Part shown: positions 36,044 to 46,406 of the stretch, in pieces
Numbering within the stretch: the stretch's first letter is position 1
Layout: every line of letters starts with the position of its first letter
The notes under the pieces: generated by a model
Seen by the model: only the letters and a program-made list of their open reading frames with translations
Told to the model about the DNA's origin: nothing
Databases searched by the model: none
Position numbers and translations under genes: made by a program
Origin: Chloroflexota bacterium
GTDB taxonomy: Bacteria > Chloroflexota > Limnocylindria > Limnocylindrales > CSP1-4
Reading direction: 5' to 3'
Assembly (NCBI GenBank): GCA_034666965.1
Contig: JAXDKT010000122.1
Span: 6,928-70,927, forward strand
Length of the DNA stretch: 64,000 bases

Positions 36044-37882
36044 GTGGCACCCGACGACGACACTCCGACGCTGACCAACGGCGACCTGGCGAGGATCTTC
36101 CACGACATCGGCGACATGCTCGAGGTCAAGGGCGAGCTCGTGTTCAAGACCGTGGCCTACCACCGCGCCGCTGACGCCATCGCGCACAGCCCGATCGATC
36201 TGGTTCCGGCCTACCGGGCGGGGCGGGCCCCCAAGGTCGCCGGCGTGGGTCAGGCGATCAGCGACAAGATCGCCGAGCTGGCGAGGACCGGAAGGCTGGC
36301 CTTCTACGACCGGCTCGTCGCCGAGGTCCCGCCCAGCCTGGTCGAGCTGCTGCGCGTCCCCGGGGTCGGGCCGCGGACGGTCAAGATCCTTCACGATGAG
36401 CTCGGGATCGATAGCCTCGAGGACCTCCGCCAGGCCGCCGAGAGCGGCTCGCTGCGCACGGTCAAGGGCCTGTCCGAGAAGACCGAGCAGTCGGTCCTGG
36501 AGGGCATCGCCGCACTCGGTGCCCGTGAGACCCGAATGCTGCTGGGCACGGCCGAGGAGCTGATCGAGACACTCACGGGCGAGCTGCGCGGCACACCCGG
36601 CCTGATCTCGATCGAGCCGGCCGGCTCATTCCGCCGCCGGCGGGAGACGATCGGCGACCTGGACCTGCTCGCCGAGACGACCGAACCGGTCGCGTTGGTC
36701 GATCGCTTCACCGGGCTGGCCTCGGTCGATCGGGTGCTCGTGTCCGGCCCGCACAAGGCCAGCGTCCGCCTGCTCCGCGGTCCACAGGTGGACCTGATGA
36801 TCATGCCGCCCGAGACGGCCGGCACCTATCTCATCCACTTCACCGGCTCCAAGGAGCACAACGTCCGCCTTCGGGGCCTGGCCCGGGACCGGGGCTGGAG
36901 CCTGTCGGAGAAGGGCTTCCTGCGGATCGGCCCGGACGGCGAGCCGTTGACCGGGGACGCGGCCGAGCTGCGCACGTTCCCCACCGAGGCTGAGGCGTAC
37001 CGGTTCCTCGACCTCGATTTCATCGAGCCGGAGTTGCGCGAGGACCGCGGCGAGATCCAGGCGGCCGCGGCGGGGACGCTGCCCGAGCTCATCCGCCTGA
37101 GCGACCTCCGCGGCGACCTCCACTCGCACTCGGACTGGTCGGACGGAGTCCACTCGATCGAGCGGATGGCGGAGGCCGCGCGCGCTCGCGGGCATGCCTA
37201 CCAGGTCCTGACCGACCACAGCCAGTCCCTCGCCATCGCCCGGGGTCTGGCCCGGGACCGGGTCGAGCAGCAGCGCGGGATCATCGCCGAGCTCAACGCC
37301 CGCTATGCCCAGGAGGAAGCCGAAGGCCGAGCGCCCGCGGCGACGCCACGCGAGGGCTTTCGGCTGCTCCACGGTTGCGAGCTGGAGATCCGATCCGACG
37401 GCCGGCTCGACTACGACGACGAGCTGCTCGCCCGGTTCGACTTCGTGGTCGCCTCGCTCCACGTGGGCCGGCGCCAGCCACGCGCCCAGCTGACGGCCCG
37501 GGTCCTGACCGCGATCCGCAGCCCGCACGTGGACCTCATCGCCCATCCGGCGGGTCGGATGATCCAGAGCCGCGACGACCTGGACCTGGATTGGGAGGCC
37601 GTCTACGCCGAGGCGGCCCGGACCGGCACCGTCCTCGAGATGAACGGCTCCGATCATCGCCTCGACCTGTCCGACGTTCGGGCCCATCGAGCGCTGGCCG
37701 TGGGTTGTCTGCTGGCGCTCGATTCCGACGCCCATCGGACCGAGGAATTCCACAACCTCGACTGGGCGGTCTCGCAGGCACGCCGCGCCTGGGTCACGCC
37801 CAGGGACGTCCTGAACACCCGGTCGCGGGCGGACCTGCTGGGCTGGGTCGCCGCCAAGACCGACCGCCTCGCGAGCGGATAG
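36044..37882 (+). CDS. polX: DNA polymerase X family protein with C-terminal PHP phosphoesterase domain
   Basis: PolX N-terminal helix-hairpin-helix region (LTNGDLARIFHDIGDMLEVKGELVFKTVAYHRAA...GVGPRTV). C-terminal PHP His motifs (DLHSHSDWSDG). Confidence 0.8.
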   Translation: MAPDDDTPTLTNGDLARIFHDIGDMLEVKGELVFKTVAYHRAADAIAHSPIDLVPAYRAGRAPKVAGVGQAISDKIAELARTGRLAFYDRLVAEVPPSLVELLRVPGVGPRTVKILHDELGIDSLEDLRQAAESGSLRTVKGLSEKTEQSVLEGIAALGARETRMLLGTAEELIETLTGELRGTPGLISIEPAGSFRRRRETIGDLDLLAETTEPVALVDRFTGLASVDRVLVSGPHKASVRLLRGPQVDLMIMPPETAGTYLIHFTGSKEHNVRLRGLARDRGWSLSEKGFLRIGPDGEPLTGDAAELRTFPTEAEAYRFLDLDFIEPELREDRGEIQAAAAGTLPELIRLSDLRGDLHSHSDWSDGVHSIERMAEAARARGHAYQVLTDHSQSLAIARGLARDRVEQQRGIIAELNARYAQEEAEGRAPAATPREGFRLLHGCELEIRSDGRLDYDDELLARFDFVVASLHVGRRQPRAQLTARVLTAIRSPHVDLIAHPAGRMIQSRDDLDLDWEAVYAEAARTGTVLEMNGSDHRLDLSDVRAHRALAVGCLLALDSDAHRTEEFHNLDWAVSQARRAWVTPRDVLNTRSRADLLGWVAAKTDRLASG

Positions 37883-37888
37883 CGGCGG

Positions 37889-38992
37889 TCACAGTCGCCG
37901 GGCGGCGGCCTCGAGCGCCCGGTCCGACCACCAGGCCAGGTCGTCGATGGCGCCCTGGCCGGTCGGCAGGCCGAGTCCGGCCTCCGCGTCGAGCCCCTTG
38001 CGCCAGCCGCGCAGGAGCAGCCCGACCAGGATGGCCAGGTCCACCTGGGCGGTCCAGTCGCCCAGACCGGCGTCGAGGGTGGCGACGCCACCGTGCTCGC
38101 CGGCGATGGACTCGGCCACGTCCCGGTAGCGCTCGAGAACGGCCTCGGGTGCCTCCGGCAGCAGCGCGACGTTGGAGACCAGCAACCAGCCCAGCTCGAC
38201 GGCGACGGGCGCCAGGGTCGCCATCTGCCAGTCGATGAACGCGATGCCGTCGACCAGAGAGGCCACGTTCGACAGCTTGAGGTCCCCGTGGAGCATCGTC
38301 GACGGCAAGCGGCTCAGCGCGGCGACGAGCGGGGTCGGGTCGCTGGCCAGGGCGGTCACGAGACGCCGGGTCGCGGCTGGGGCCAGGCGGTCGAAGGCGT
38401 CCCAGCCGGCCAGGAAGCGCTCCCCGGCCGGATTGCCCTCCGCCCGATAGCGCTCGGCGGCCGGTCGAGCGAGCAGACCGAGCCGCTCCAGGAGTGGGCA
38501 CCAGGGCACGCTCCCCGCGGCCGGAACGCCTCGCCCGATGAGGTGGAGCCGGGCCGTGGCTGTCAGCACGCTCGTCAGCAGCGATGGGGGAATGCCCTGG
38601 CTGTCGCCGGGGCGCTCCCAGGCGATCAGCTCCCTTGACAGGTCGGGCATCAGGATCGCGGCGCCGTCGCCATCGGCGGCCGCGCCGACGTACGGGCTGG
38701 CCATCCGGACCCAGGTGCTGTCGGGACCGATCGAGGCGAGCGCGCTCGCAAACCAGGCTTCGCGAAGGTCGTCGTCGCGGGTGGCTCGCACGATCCAGTC
38801 GAGGCTCGACGAGGTTCGCTTGAGGACGAAGCGCCGATCGCCGCGATCGATCAGGCTCAGCCTGGAGCCGGACCAGCCATCGTGCGCGAAGGCCTCCTCG
38901 GGCAGGCCGTCGAGATCGCTCAGCGCGAGCAGGTCGGCGATCTGCCAGCGCGTCCACGGTCGGCGCGGGTCGACCCGTATCGGAAGGCTCAC
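37889..38992 (-). CDS. aminoglycoside-phosphotransferase/choline-kinase-like (APH fold) kinase
   Basis: Brenner motif HGDLKLSNV and IDWQ. The start was set at GTG 38992, overlapping the cupin gene stop (GTGA). The Arg-rich 78-aa extension was rejected. Confidence 0.6.
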   Translation of the reverse strand: MSLPIRVDPRRPWTRWQIADLLALSDLDGLPEEAFAHDGWSGSRLSLIDRGDRRFVLKRTSSSLDWIVRATRDDDLREAWFASALASIGPDSTWVRMASPYVGAAADGDGAAILMPDLSRELIAWERPGDSQGIPPSLLTSVLTATARLHLIGRGVPAAGSVPWCPLLERLGLLARPAAERYRAEGNPAGERFLAGWDAFDRLAPAATRRLVTALASDPTPLVAALSRLPSTMLHGDLKLSNVASLVDGIAFIDWQMATLAPVAVELGWLLVSNVALLPEAPEAVLERYRDVAESIAGEHGGVATLDAGLGDWTAQVDLAILVGLLLRGWRKGLDAEAGLGLPTGQGAIDDLAWWSDRALEAAARRL

Positions 38993-39393
38993 GGTCCGGG
39001 CGGGTCGACCGGTTCCTCGTCCAGGTAGACCACGTGCGAATCGGGGCAGTTGCGGCTCAGGGCGACGATCAGGGGGCGATCCCCGTCCGCGTTCTCCTCG
39101 ACATGGATCTCGCCCGCCGGGATGAACACGAAGTCCCCGGCCTCGGCCTCCATCGCCTGTTCCAGGCCGGTCGGGCCCCAGGTATAGCGGGCGCGCCCTT
39201 CGAGGACGTAGATCGATGTCTCGCACGGGCCATGGTGGTGGATCCGCGTCCTGGCTCCGGGCGCCGTGGTCACGATCGAGGAATACAGTCCCGTCGAGCC
39301 GGTCGTCCGTGCCGAGACGGCGATCGAGCGCTCCATGTCAGCGTGCTGACCGGCGGAGGTGAGTCGCTGGGCGGGGGTGACGCGGACGGCCAT
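38989..39393 (-). CDS. cupin-domain protein
   Basis: Cupin motifs (RIHHHGPCETSIYVLEGRARY ... GDFVFIPAGEIHVEEN). Start at ATG 39393. Confidence 0.6.
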   Translation of the reverse strand: MAVRVTPAQRLTSAGQHADMERSIAVSARTTGSTGLYSSIVTTAPGARTRIHHHGPCETSIYVLEGRARYTWGPTGLEQAMEAEAGDFVFIPAGEIHVEENADGDRPLIVALSRNCPDSHVVYLDEEPVDPPGP

Positions 39394-39452
39394 CGGTGCT
39401 CCTGTACAGGCCGCGATGATACGGGGCCATCGGCGAGGGCTACCCTGCGAAC

Positions 39453-40445
39453 ATGTCCGGTCTCGCCACCGACCGTCCCCGGTTCCGGCTCTTCGACGGG
39501 CCGTCGCCGCTGGCCCCATTGACGCGCCTCTCGGCCGAGCTTGGCGGACGAGCCGAGATCTGGATCAAGCGCGAGGACCTGCTGCCGCTGGCGTTCGGCG
39601 GGAACAAGCTGCGCAACCTCGAGTTCCTGGTCGGGGCGGCCCTGGCCGAGGGCGCCGACAGCCTGGTCACGTTCGGACGGCGGTGGTCCAACCACTGCCG
39701 GCTGACGGCAGCCGCCGGGGCGGTCGCCGGTCTGGACGTCCATCTCGTCCTGTCCGGCCCGCCGACCGATCCGCCCAATCCGGGGGCCCGGCTCGACGCG
39801 CTCCTGGGCGCGACCGTTCACCAGGCCACCAGCGGGGCCCGAGCCGAGCGCGACGACCTCGTCGAGCGGGTCGTCCGCGACCTCCAGTCCGCGGGTCGGC
39901 GGCCGTACCTCATCCCGGTCGGTGGCGGCGGGTCGACGGGTGCGGCCGGCCAGGTCCTGGCCGCCGGCGAGCTGCTCGCCCAGGCGGCGGCGGCCGGCAT
40001 CGCCATCGACCAGATCGTCCTGCCCAGCGCAACCGGCGTCACCCAGGCCGGCTTGCTTGCCGGGCTGCGTGCTGGTGGCTCGCTTGCAACCGTCGTCGGC
40101 GTCGCCGTCGCGCACCCGCCGGACGAGCTCGGGCCGACCATCGCCCACCTCCTCGCCGAGCTGGTCGAGCTGTCCGGCGTCCTCGTCGCCGCCGCACAGA
40201 TCGAGCTCGACGGCGCCGAGCTCGGTTCGGGCTATGGCCGACCCACGAGCGCGGCCGATGAGGCGACGCGGCTGCTGGCCCGGACCGAAGGCATCCTGGT
40301 CGATCCGATCTACACCGCCAAGGCGCTGGCCGGCCTGGTCCGCCGGGTTCGCGAAGGCCGGGCGGATGGCCAGCGGATCGTGTTCTGGCACGCCGGTGGG
40401 CTGCCCGGCTTGTTCGAGCCACCCGACGACCCGCCGCCGGGCTGA
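39453..40445 (+). CDS. PLP-dependent ACC deaminase / D-cysteine desulfhydrase family enzyme
   Basis: KREDLLPLAFGGNKLRNLEFL carries the PLP-binding lysine signature of the ACCD/DcyD family. Confidence 0.7.
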   Translation: MSGLATDRPRFRLFDGPSPLAPLTRLSAELGGRAEIWIKREDLLPLAFGGNKLRNLEFLVGAALAEGADSLVTFGRRWSNHCRLTAAAGAVAGLDVHLVLSGPPTDPPNPGARLDALLGATVHQATSGARAERDDLVERVVRDLQSAGRRPYLIPVGGGGSTGAAGQVLAAGELLAQAAAAGIAIDQIVLPSATGVTQAGLLAGLRAGGSLATVVGVAVAHPPDELGPTIAHLLAELVELSGVLVAAAQIELDGAELGSGYGRPTSAADEATRLLARTEGILVDPIYTAKALAGLVRRVREGRADGQRIVFWHAGGLPGLFEPPDDPPPG

Positions 40446-40469
40446 GGTCGTCGCGTACCATCGGCGCCG

Positions 40470-41285
40470 ATGGACCACCGACGCGCCCACCGGCGCGAGC
40501 TCGTCATCCTGGCAATTGCCGTGGTCGGTTTGTCGCGCCTGCTCGACGGTCCGCTGGTCTGGCTGACGGTCTTGCTCGTGGCGGCAGCCGTGGCGGTCGG
40601 TGCCGCGGCGTTCATCGCCGAGGGTCGCGCGCTGGACGCGCCGATCGAGGGTGTCATCCTGCCCGCCCTCGCCGCGGCGGCGTCGCTGGGGGCCATCCGG
40701 GTCGTCCCGCTCGGGATCCTGCTCGTGCCCGCCCTGGCGGCCGCCTGGGTCCTGGTCGACCGCACCCTGGCCTTCGAGGGGCGGATGGCCGGGCGTGACG
40801 CCGAAGCGAGTCCGGATGACCGGACGACGGCCCTCGGCTACAGCATCGTCATCGCGTTCCTGGCCTTTGTCGGGATTGCCACGTTCATCCAGGGCGGACT
40901 GGTCGAGCCTGCGCCCGGGCCGGGCGCCCCAGGCCCGACCCCACTGGACGAGCAGGCGCTGCTGCTGCTGGCCCTGGCCGACGCGCTGGTCGCCGGCCTG
41001 CTCGGCTTCCGAGTGTCGGTCCTCCGCGAACGATCGCTGCGCGACGCGCTGTGGTCGGCGGCCACGTATGCGGCGGTCGTGGCCATCGCGGCGGCCGCGG
41101 TCCGCGCCGTCGCGCTGCCGCGGCTGCTCGCACCGGCGTTGCTGGCCCTGGTCTTCTTCGTCTGGGATGGCGTGCACGGTGCCCCACCGACGCAGCGTCG
41201 CGACCCCCGCTGGATCTGGCAGATCGGCCTTCTGGTCGTCCTCGGCGGCGCGGTGATCGTCTGGAACCTGGCGCTCCGGAGCTGA
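40470..41285 (+). CDS. hypothetical polytopic membrane protein
   Basis: Hydrophobic 271-aa ORF with no recognisable motif. Confidence 0.45.
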   Translation: MDHRRAHRRELVILAIAVVGLSRLLDGPLVWLTVLLVAAAVAVGAAAFIAEGRALDAPIEGVILPALAAAASLGAIRVVPLGILLVPALAAAWVLVDRTLAFEGRMAGRDAEASPDDRTTALGYSIVIAFLAFVGIATFIQGGLVEPAPGPGAPGPTPLDEQALLLLALADALVAGLLGFRVSVLRERSLRDALWSAATYAAVVAIAAAAVRAVALPRLLAPALLALVFFVWDGVHGAPPTQRRDPRWIWQIGLLVVLGGAVIVWNLALRS

Positions 41286-41452
41286 CCCTCGATTCGGGCA
41301 TGGCGCGACCTCGTCGCGTTGACGGAACGGGCCGTTGATGCTACAAACCATTGCCCCCGAGGTGGCGCCGCGCCCTCGCGTTCGGCCGTCGCCGCCACCT
41401 TCCGGCACCGAGCGCGCCCCGTCAGCGGCGCCGTGAAAGGACGAACCCGCCC

Positions 41453-42313
41453 GTGACCTTCCAGCAGGATGTCGACAACCAGGCGCCGACCGCCGCCAGC
41501 TCGGTCCGCCTCAAGCGTGGACTGGTCGACCAGGCGATCGCCCACGCATCCGCCGCCGAGTGGGCGGAAGCCGCCGAGACGAACCGCAAGATCCTCGAGA
41601 TGGGACCCGACGCCGAGGCCGAGAACCGCCTGGCCAAGGCGCACTGGGAGCTCGGCGAGCTGGCCAACGCCCGCGAGCACTATCAGACCGCGCTGGCCCT
41701 CGACCCGACCAACCGCATCGCCGAGCGCAACATCGACCGGCTGCGAGTGCTGCTCGTCGATGCCGGCGAGAAGACCGTCAAGGCCCAGGACGGGAGCAAG
41801 GCTCCGGTCTCGATCTTCGTCGAGGAAACCGGCAAGACCGGTTTCGCGTTCCTGACCGATCTGCCCGACCCGCGCAAGCTGGCCCAGGTCAATCCGGGCG
41901 ACGCCGTGGAGCTGACTCCCGAAGGCAACCGGCTGATCGCCACCAGCAACGGGATGCGCATCGGTGTCGTGGAGCCGCGCGTCGCCGCCCGCCTGCTCAA
42001 GCTCATGGCCGACGGCAACAAGTACCTGGCCGGGGTGACCTCGCTCGGAGACAAGGACGTCCGGATCATCATCCGCGAGGTCTACCAGGATCCCCGCAAC
42101 TACGGCAAGGTGAGCTTCCCGACCGCCGCCAAGTCGACCGACCTGCGGCCGTACACGAAGGGCACGCTCGTCCGCGAGGAGATGGACCTCGAGGAGGATC
42201 TCGAGGATGACGACGAGGACGAGGAGATCGAGGATCTCGATCGAGTCCTGCCCGCCGACGTCACCACCGACGAGGCCTTCGTCGAGGAGCCCGACGAGCT
42301 CGACGAGGCATAG
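41453..42313 (+). CDS. TPR-repeat protein with highly acidic C-terminal tail
   Basis: TPR-like helices (AAEWAEAAETNRKILEM ... NAREHYQTALALDPTN). C-terminal DLEEDLEDDDEDEEIEDLD. The start was set at GTG 41453, preceded by AAAGGA; the longer Arg-rich extension was rejected. Confidence 0.5.
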   Translation: MTFQQDVDNQAPTAASSVRLKRGLVDQAIAHASAAEWAEAAETNRKILEMGPDAEAENRLAKAHWELGELANAREHYQTALALDPTNRIAERNIDRLRVLLVDAGEKTVKAQDGSKAPVSIFVEETGKTGFAFLTDLPDPRKLAQVNPGDAVELTPEGNRLIATSNGMRIGVVEPRVAARLLKLMADGNKYLAGVTSLGDKDVRIIIREVYQDPRNYGKVSFPTAAKSTDLRPYTKGTLVREEMDLEEDLEDDDEDEEIEDLDRVLPADVTTDEAFVEEPDELDEA

Positions 42314-42318
42314 TCCCA

Positions 42319-42336
42319 GGTCCGCCGTGGCGGACC
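42319..42336. terminator. inverted repeat GGTCCGCC-gt-GGCGGACC between convergent genes
   Basis: It lies between the TPR gene stop (42313) and the DinB-like gene stop (42361). It is a candidate bidirectional terminator. Confidence 0.3.
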
Positions 42337-42360
42337 GCGACTAGGTCATCCTGCGGACTC

Positions 42361-43326
42361 TCACGCCGCCGCGGCCTGCCCGATCGACGCAGCCAGGCCG
42401 CGGACCTCGTCCGCGCCTGATTCGAGCACCCGCGCCGCGCTGCCGTCCCGCGCCGCGCTGCCGTCCCGCGCCGCGAACGGCTGGTCGAGAGCCGCTTCGG
42501 ATCGGGCGAAGACGAGGCTCTCGAGGCGGCCATAGGACGTCCCGATGAGCCGGACCAGGCGTTCGACCTCGTTCGCTGAGCGGCCGGTCATCGCCAGCGT
42601 CTTGTCGACCTGGATGGTGTGCTCGCGGATGTGCGAGCCGAGGCGGCCCATGCGGAAGCGGAGGTCGACGGGGACGCCGGACCAGCGGGCCGGAATGCCC
42701 AGGTCGTCCTCGGTCAGCCCTCCGAAGCGGCCGGCGGCAATATCGAGCAGGTCGTCGAAGCGGGCGAGGATCTCGCCCGGGTGGCCGAGCGCCTCCTGGT
42801 CCTCGTCGGGATCGGGCGGCATGCGAGCGTCCCCGGCCTGCGCCGGCAGTGGGCCCGGGGCATGGCCACGGGCGAGCCACCAGGCGTTGAACCAGCCGTA
42901 CCCGCGCTGCGAGCCGACGATGTGGCCGAGCGTCTGGCGGACGGTCCACTCCCCGCCGCCGGGATCGGCGTCGAGGTCGTGCGTCCGGAGCGGGGCGATC
43001 GCCGCCCGCAGCTCCCAGCGCGCCGCCATGGCCGAGGCCAGGATCGGGACCGCCGGCCCGACGTCCGCGCCGTCGCCCGTCGTGGCCCGGCCCCGGACGA
43101 TGGCCGCGGCCGCCTCCTCGAGTCGCTCGTGGATCCGGTAGAAGCCATAACGGACATCGGTGTTCTCGACGAAGCCGGTTCGCCACTCCCAGGCCGCCTC
43201 GAGGCGGCTGTCGGGGATCGTCAGCAGGTCCGTGATGGCCGACAGGGTGGCCTGGCGGATCGCCACGATCGGGGCGGCGACCGGGAGGGTCGGTCCTCGG
43301 GTCAGCTCGATCAGCGGGTCGTCCAT
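42361..43326 (-). CDS. DinB_2 / mycothiol-maleylpyruvate-isomerase N-terminal-domain-like metal-binding protein
   Basis: TLGHIVGSQRGY ... HIREHT pattern of the DinB/YfiT-like four-helix bundle. It contains an in-frame 22-nt tandem duplication encoding ARDGSAARDGSAAR. Confidence 0.6.
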   Translation of the reverse strand: MDDPLIELTRGPTLPVAAPIVAIRQATLSAITDLLTIPDSRLEAAWEWRTGFVENTDVRYGFYRIHERLEEAAAAIVRGRATTGDGADVGPAVPILASAMAARWELRAAIAPLRTHDLDADPGGGEWTVRQTLGHIVGSQRGYGWFNAWWLARGHAPGPLPAQAGDARMPPDPDEDQEALGHPGEILARFDDLLDIAAGRFGGLTEDDLGIPARWSGVPVDLRFRMGRLGSHIREHTIQVDKTLAMTGRSANEVERLVRLIGTSYGRLESLVFARSEAALDQPFAARDGSAARDGSAARVLESGADEVRGLAASIGQAAAA

Positions 43327-43461
43327 GGCTGCCCAAGGCTAGCGGTCCGGTGCCCGCTCCGCCAGGCGCCCGCGCCACCTCGCCCATGAGCTGGCCCGAC
43401 CCCGGCGCAGCGCCGCCCGGGACCGGCCGGTCACTCGCCGGAACCGCCCGTCTGTGGCAGG

Positions 43462-46326
43462 ATGCGGCGCATGGCGGGCCGCGACCTTCCGATCCGGAGC
43501 GAGCCGGGGTTCTCGCTCCCTGCCTTCGGCCGCCTCGCGCCCCCGCCCCCGCCCGAGCTCGTGGCGGCACGGATCGAGGCGCACTCGAGCCTGGGTGATG
43601 TCGTCGTCGATCTCCATGGCCGGGGGGGCTGGATCGCCCGGGCCGCCGTCGATCGCCAGCGCAAGGCGGCCTCCCTCGAGACCAGCCCGCTGACCAGGCT
43701 GCTGGCCGAGGTCGTCCTGCGACCGCCCGACGTGCGTCATCTCGATGCCGCGTTCCAGGCCATCGCGGCCGCCCCGCGCGAGCAATCCGCGCTCAAGGTC
43801 TGGCTCGGCGAGAAGTACGCCAGCCGGTGCGCGACCTGTGGCCGGAGCGTCGTCCTCGACGAGATCGTCTGGGAGACGGTGACCGACGAGGGTCCGCGCC
43901 CCGTCCACAAGCATTACCGCTGCACGGTCTGTCGCGACCAGGTCGGCGGCGCCGACCAGCGTCACGGTGCCATCGACGAGGCCGACCTGGCCCGGATCGC
44001 CGCGACCGACCCGCGCGGACCGGCCTGGCGGGTGATCCGCGACCGGTTTCCCACGGTCGACGGCAATGACACCCTGGTCGAGAGCCTGCTCGACCTGCAT
44101 TCGCCGCGCCAACTCCTCGGTCTCCAGGCGATCCTCGAGCGGATCGAGGGCGACCTGCGCTCGGCGCCGGTCGAGGCGGCGATGCGTCTGGCCCTCCTCC
44201 ATGCGCTCCTTCCGGCGTCACGCCTCAACGGCTACCCCGGACGGATCGCCAATCTCCGGATCAGTGGCGGCCGGATCCGCCTCCCGGCCGGTGGCCAGTG
44301 GCGCGAGCGCAACCCGTGGCTCGCCTTCGAGGACGGCTTCCGGCTGGTGCGCGGCTTCGTCCAGCGCCTCGAGGGCGCGCCCCTGGGCCTGATGACCGCC
44401 CGGTTCGGCGAAGATCTCCAGAGCCTGAGCGAAGGAATGGCCAACGTCGTGGCCCGGCTCGGGACACCATCCTCGTTCCGCTCGCTCGGGGCCGAGGCGG
44501 ACGCCCTCGCCCGCCTGCCCGACAGGCCGCGGGTACGCCTGATCCTGGGCCAGCCACCCCAGCGTCCCAACGTCGAGCGGCTGTCGTACGCCTACTTCGC
44601 GACCGGCTGGGTGCTGGGTCGCGAGGCGGCGTCGCTGCTCCCGCTCGAGGCCGTCTTCGGCGGCTCCGGCCGCGCGCCGTGGGGCTGGCAGTCGGCGGCC
44701 ATCCGGCGTGCCTTCGAGGCTGCCGCGCCGCTGCTCAGCCGCGACGGCCGGGCCGCCCTGATCCTCGAGCCGGGCGGTCCCGAGGGCCTGGTCGCGGCCG
44801 CCCTCGGTGGTGTCGCCGCAGGCTACCGGCTGGTCGGCGCCCGCCTGGCCGAGCCGGGCGAGGAGATCGGCGGCACGGTCGATTTCGTGCCACCCGGGGC
44901 CACGGTGCCGATCGGCCCGCGGACTCGGGCAAATGCGAGCCTGCCCCACGTTGCCGGCGGTGCCGGCGACCCCGAGACCGTGCCCGGTCGGGGCCTGTTC
45001 GCACCCCCTGAGCGGTTCGACCGAGTGCGCTCGTCCGAGGCGGACGTGGCCCGGACGGTGACGGACACCACGGTCGAGATCCTGCAAGCGCGCGGCGAGC
45101 CCGCCCGTTACGAGCGACTCCTGGGCGAGATTCTGGTGGGGCTCGATCGAGCCGGTCAGCTTCGCCGCCTGGTCAGCCGGCCCGGTGGTCCCGATGACGG
45201 GGCCGAGCTCGAGCGGACGACCGAGGGTGTCGAGGCGTGGCCCGGCGCCGAGCGCCGGTCTGACCCGGGCGGCGGCTCGGGCCCCGTGCCCGTCGACGGC
45301 GGTCCCGAGGCTGCCCCGTTGGGCGATCGCGAGGCGCCGGCCAACGACGGGTCGGCGGCCGATCGCGGTCGGTCGTCGGGATCTCGAGTGGAACCCGCCC
45401 AGCGCGCCGGAGGCGAGCTCGGCGTGGCGGCCGTGGCCGACCAGGTCGATCGACTCCTGGCGATCATTCGCGACGAGCTCGCTCGGCCAAGCCACCGCCG
45501 GCTCCAGGAGATCGAGCCCGGCCGCTGGTGGCTATCCGATCCGGCCGACATCGCGGCCGCCGCGCTGCCCCTCGCGGACCGGGTCGAGTGGTCCGTCTAC
45601 AGCCTCCTGTCGACCGCGGGCCGGTTGTCCGAGACCGCCTTCAACGAGCGCATCGCGGCGCTGTTCACCGGCCACGATCTGCCCGACGAGGCGCTGGTCG
45701 CGGCCTGTCTCGACAGCTATCGGAGCATGGCCAGCACGCCCGACCGGATCGTGACCTCGGACGACCTCCTGCGCCGCTCGCACGAGCACAGCGAGATCGT
45801 GGCCGACCTGGTCGACATTGGGCACCGCCTGGGCATGCGCGCCTGGATCGCCACCCGCGAGCAGGTTCGTCGGGTCCGGGGGCGTTACCTGGCCGACTGG
45901 CTGGACGACAGCGAGCGGCGCCAGGGTCCGCCGCGGGTCGGTCGCGCGCGTCCGGAGAATGTCGACGAGATCGACGCCGTCTGGCAGGTCCGCGGTCGAG
46001 CCAGCTTTCTGTTCGAGGTCGAATGGACGGCCATGCTCGGTGAGCCGCTCCTGCGCCGGGGCGCGTTGATCCCGTCGGCCGAGGACATCGTCCGGTTCCT
46101 GGTCGTGGTCCCCGAGCGGACCGAGCTCCTGCGCTACAAGCTCGACCGCTCGCCACTCCTGCGCACGGCGATGGAAGACGGCAACTGGCACATCCTCAAG
46201 TCGAACCACCTGCGGACCTTTGCGGCGCGCGACCCGCTGATCCTGGCCGACCTCGAGGCATACGTTGGCCTGGACCCGGCCGTCGAGCACCGCGGCAGCG
46301 AGCAGATGCCCCTGTTCGGCGGCTAA
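43462..46326 (+). CDS. large (954 aa) hypothetical multi-domain protein: N-terminal Gly-rich SAM-MTase-like motif, C4 zinc ribbon, C-terminal conserved domain
   Basis: VVVDLHGRGGW resembles MTase motif I. Zinc ribbon: CATCGRS..(17)..YRCTVCRDQ. The C-terminus (IDAVWQVRGRASFLFEVEW...) may be nuclease-like. No confident family assignment. Confidence 0.55.
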   Translation: MRRMAGRDLPIRSEPGFSLPAFGRLAPPPPPELVAARIEAHSSLGDVVVDLHGRGGWIARAAVDRQRKAASLETSPLTRLLAEVVLRPPDVRHLDAAFQAIAAAPREQSALKVWLGEKYASRCATCGRSVVLDEIVWETVTDEGPRPVHKHYRCTVCRDQVGGADQRHGAIDEADLARIAATDPRGPAWRVIRDRFPTVDGNDTLVESLLDLHSPRQLLGLQAILERIEGDLRSAPVEAAMRLALLHALLPASRLNGYPGRIANLRISGGRIRLPAGGQWRERNPWLAFEDGFRLVRGFVQRLEGAPLGLMTARFGEDLQSLSEGMANVVARLGTPSSFRSLGAEADALARLPDRPRVRLILGQPPQRPNVERLSYAYFATGWVLGREAASLLPLEAVFGGSGRAPWGWQSAAIRRAFEAAAPLLSRDGRAALILEPGGPEGLVAAALGGVAAGYRLVGARLAEPGEEIGGTVDFVPPGATVPIGPRTRANASLPHVAGGAGDPETVPGRGLFAPPERFDRVRSSEADVARTVTDTTVEILQARGEPARYERLLGEILVGLDRAGQLRRLVSRPGGPDDGAELERTTEGVEAWPGAERRSDPGGGSGPVPVDGGPEAAPLGDREAPANDGSAADRGRSSGSRVEPAQRAGGELGVAAVADQVDRLLAIIRDELARPSHRRLQEIEPGRWWLSDPADIAAAALPLADRVEWSVYSLLSTAGRLSETAFNERIAALFTGHDLPDEALVAACLDSYRSMASTPDRIVTSDDLLRRSHEHSEIVADLVDIGHRLGMRAWIATREQVRRVRGRYLADWLDDSERRQGPPRVGRARPENVDEIDAVWQVRGRASFLFEVEWTAMLGEPLLRRGALIPSAEDIVRFLVVVPERTELLRYKLDRSPLLRTAMEDGNWHILKSNHLRTFAARDPLILADLEAYVGLDPAVEHRGSEQMPLFGG

Positions 46327-46406
46327 ACGCCGCCCGTGTACGCTGTTCGCAGTAGCCCAGCCAACCGATCTCGGGCCAGCGCGCCCGTCGCTCAGGAGGC
46401 TCACCG

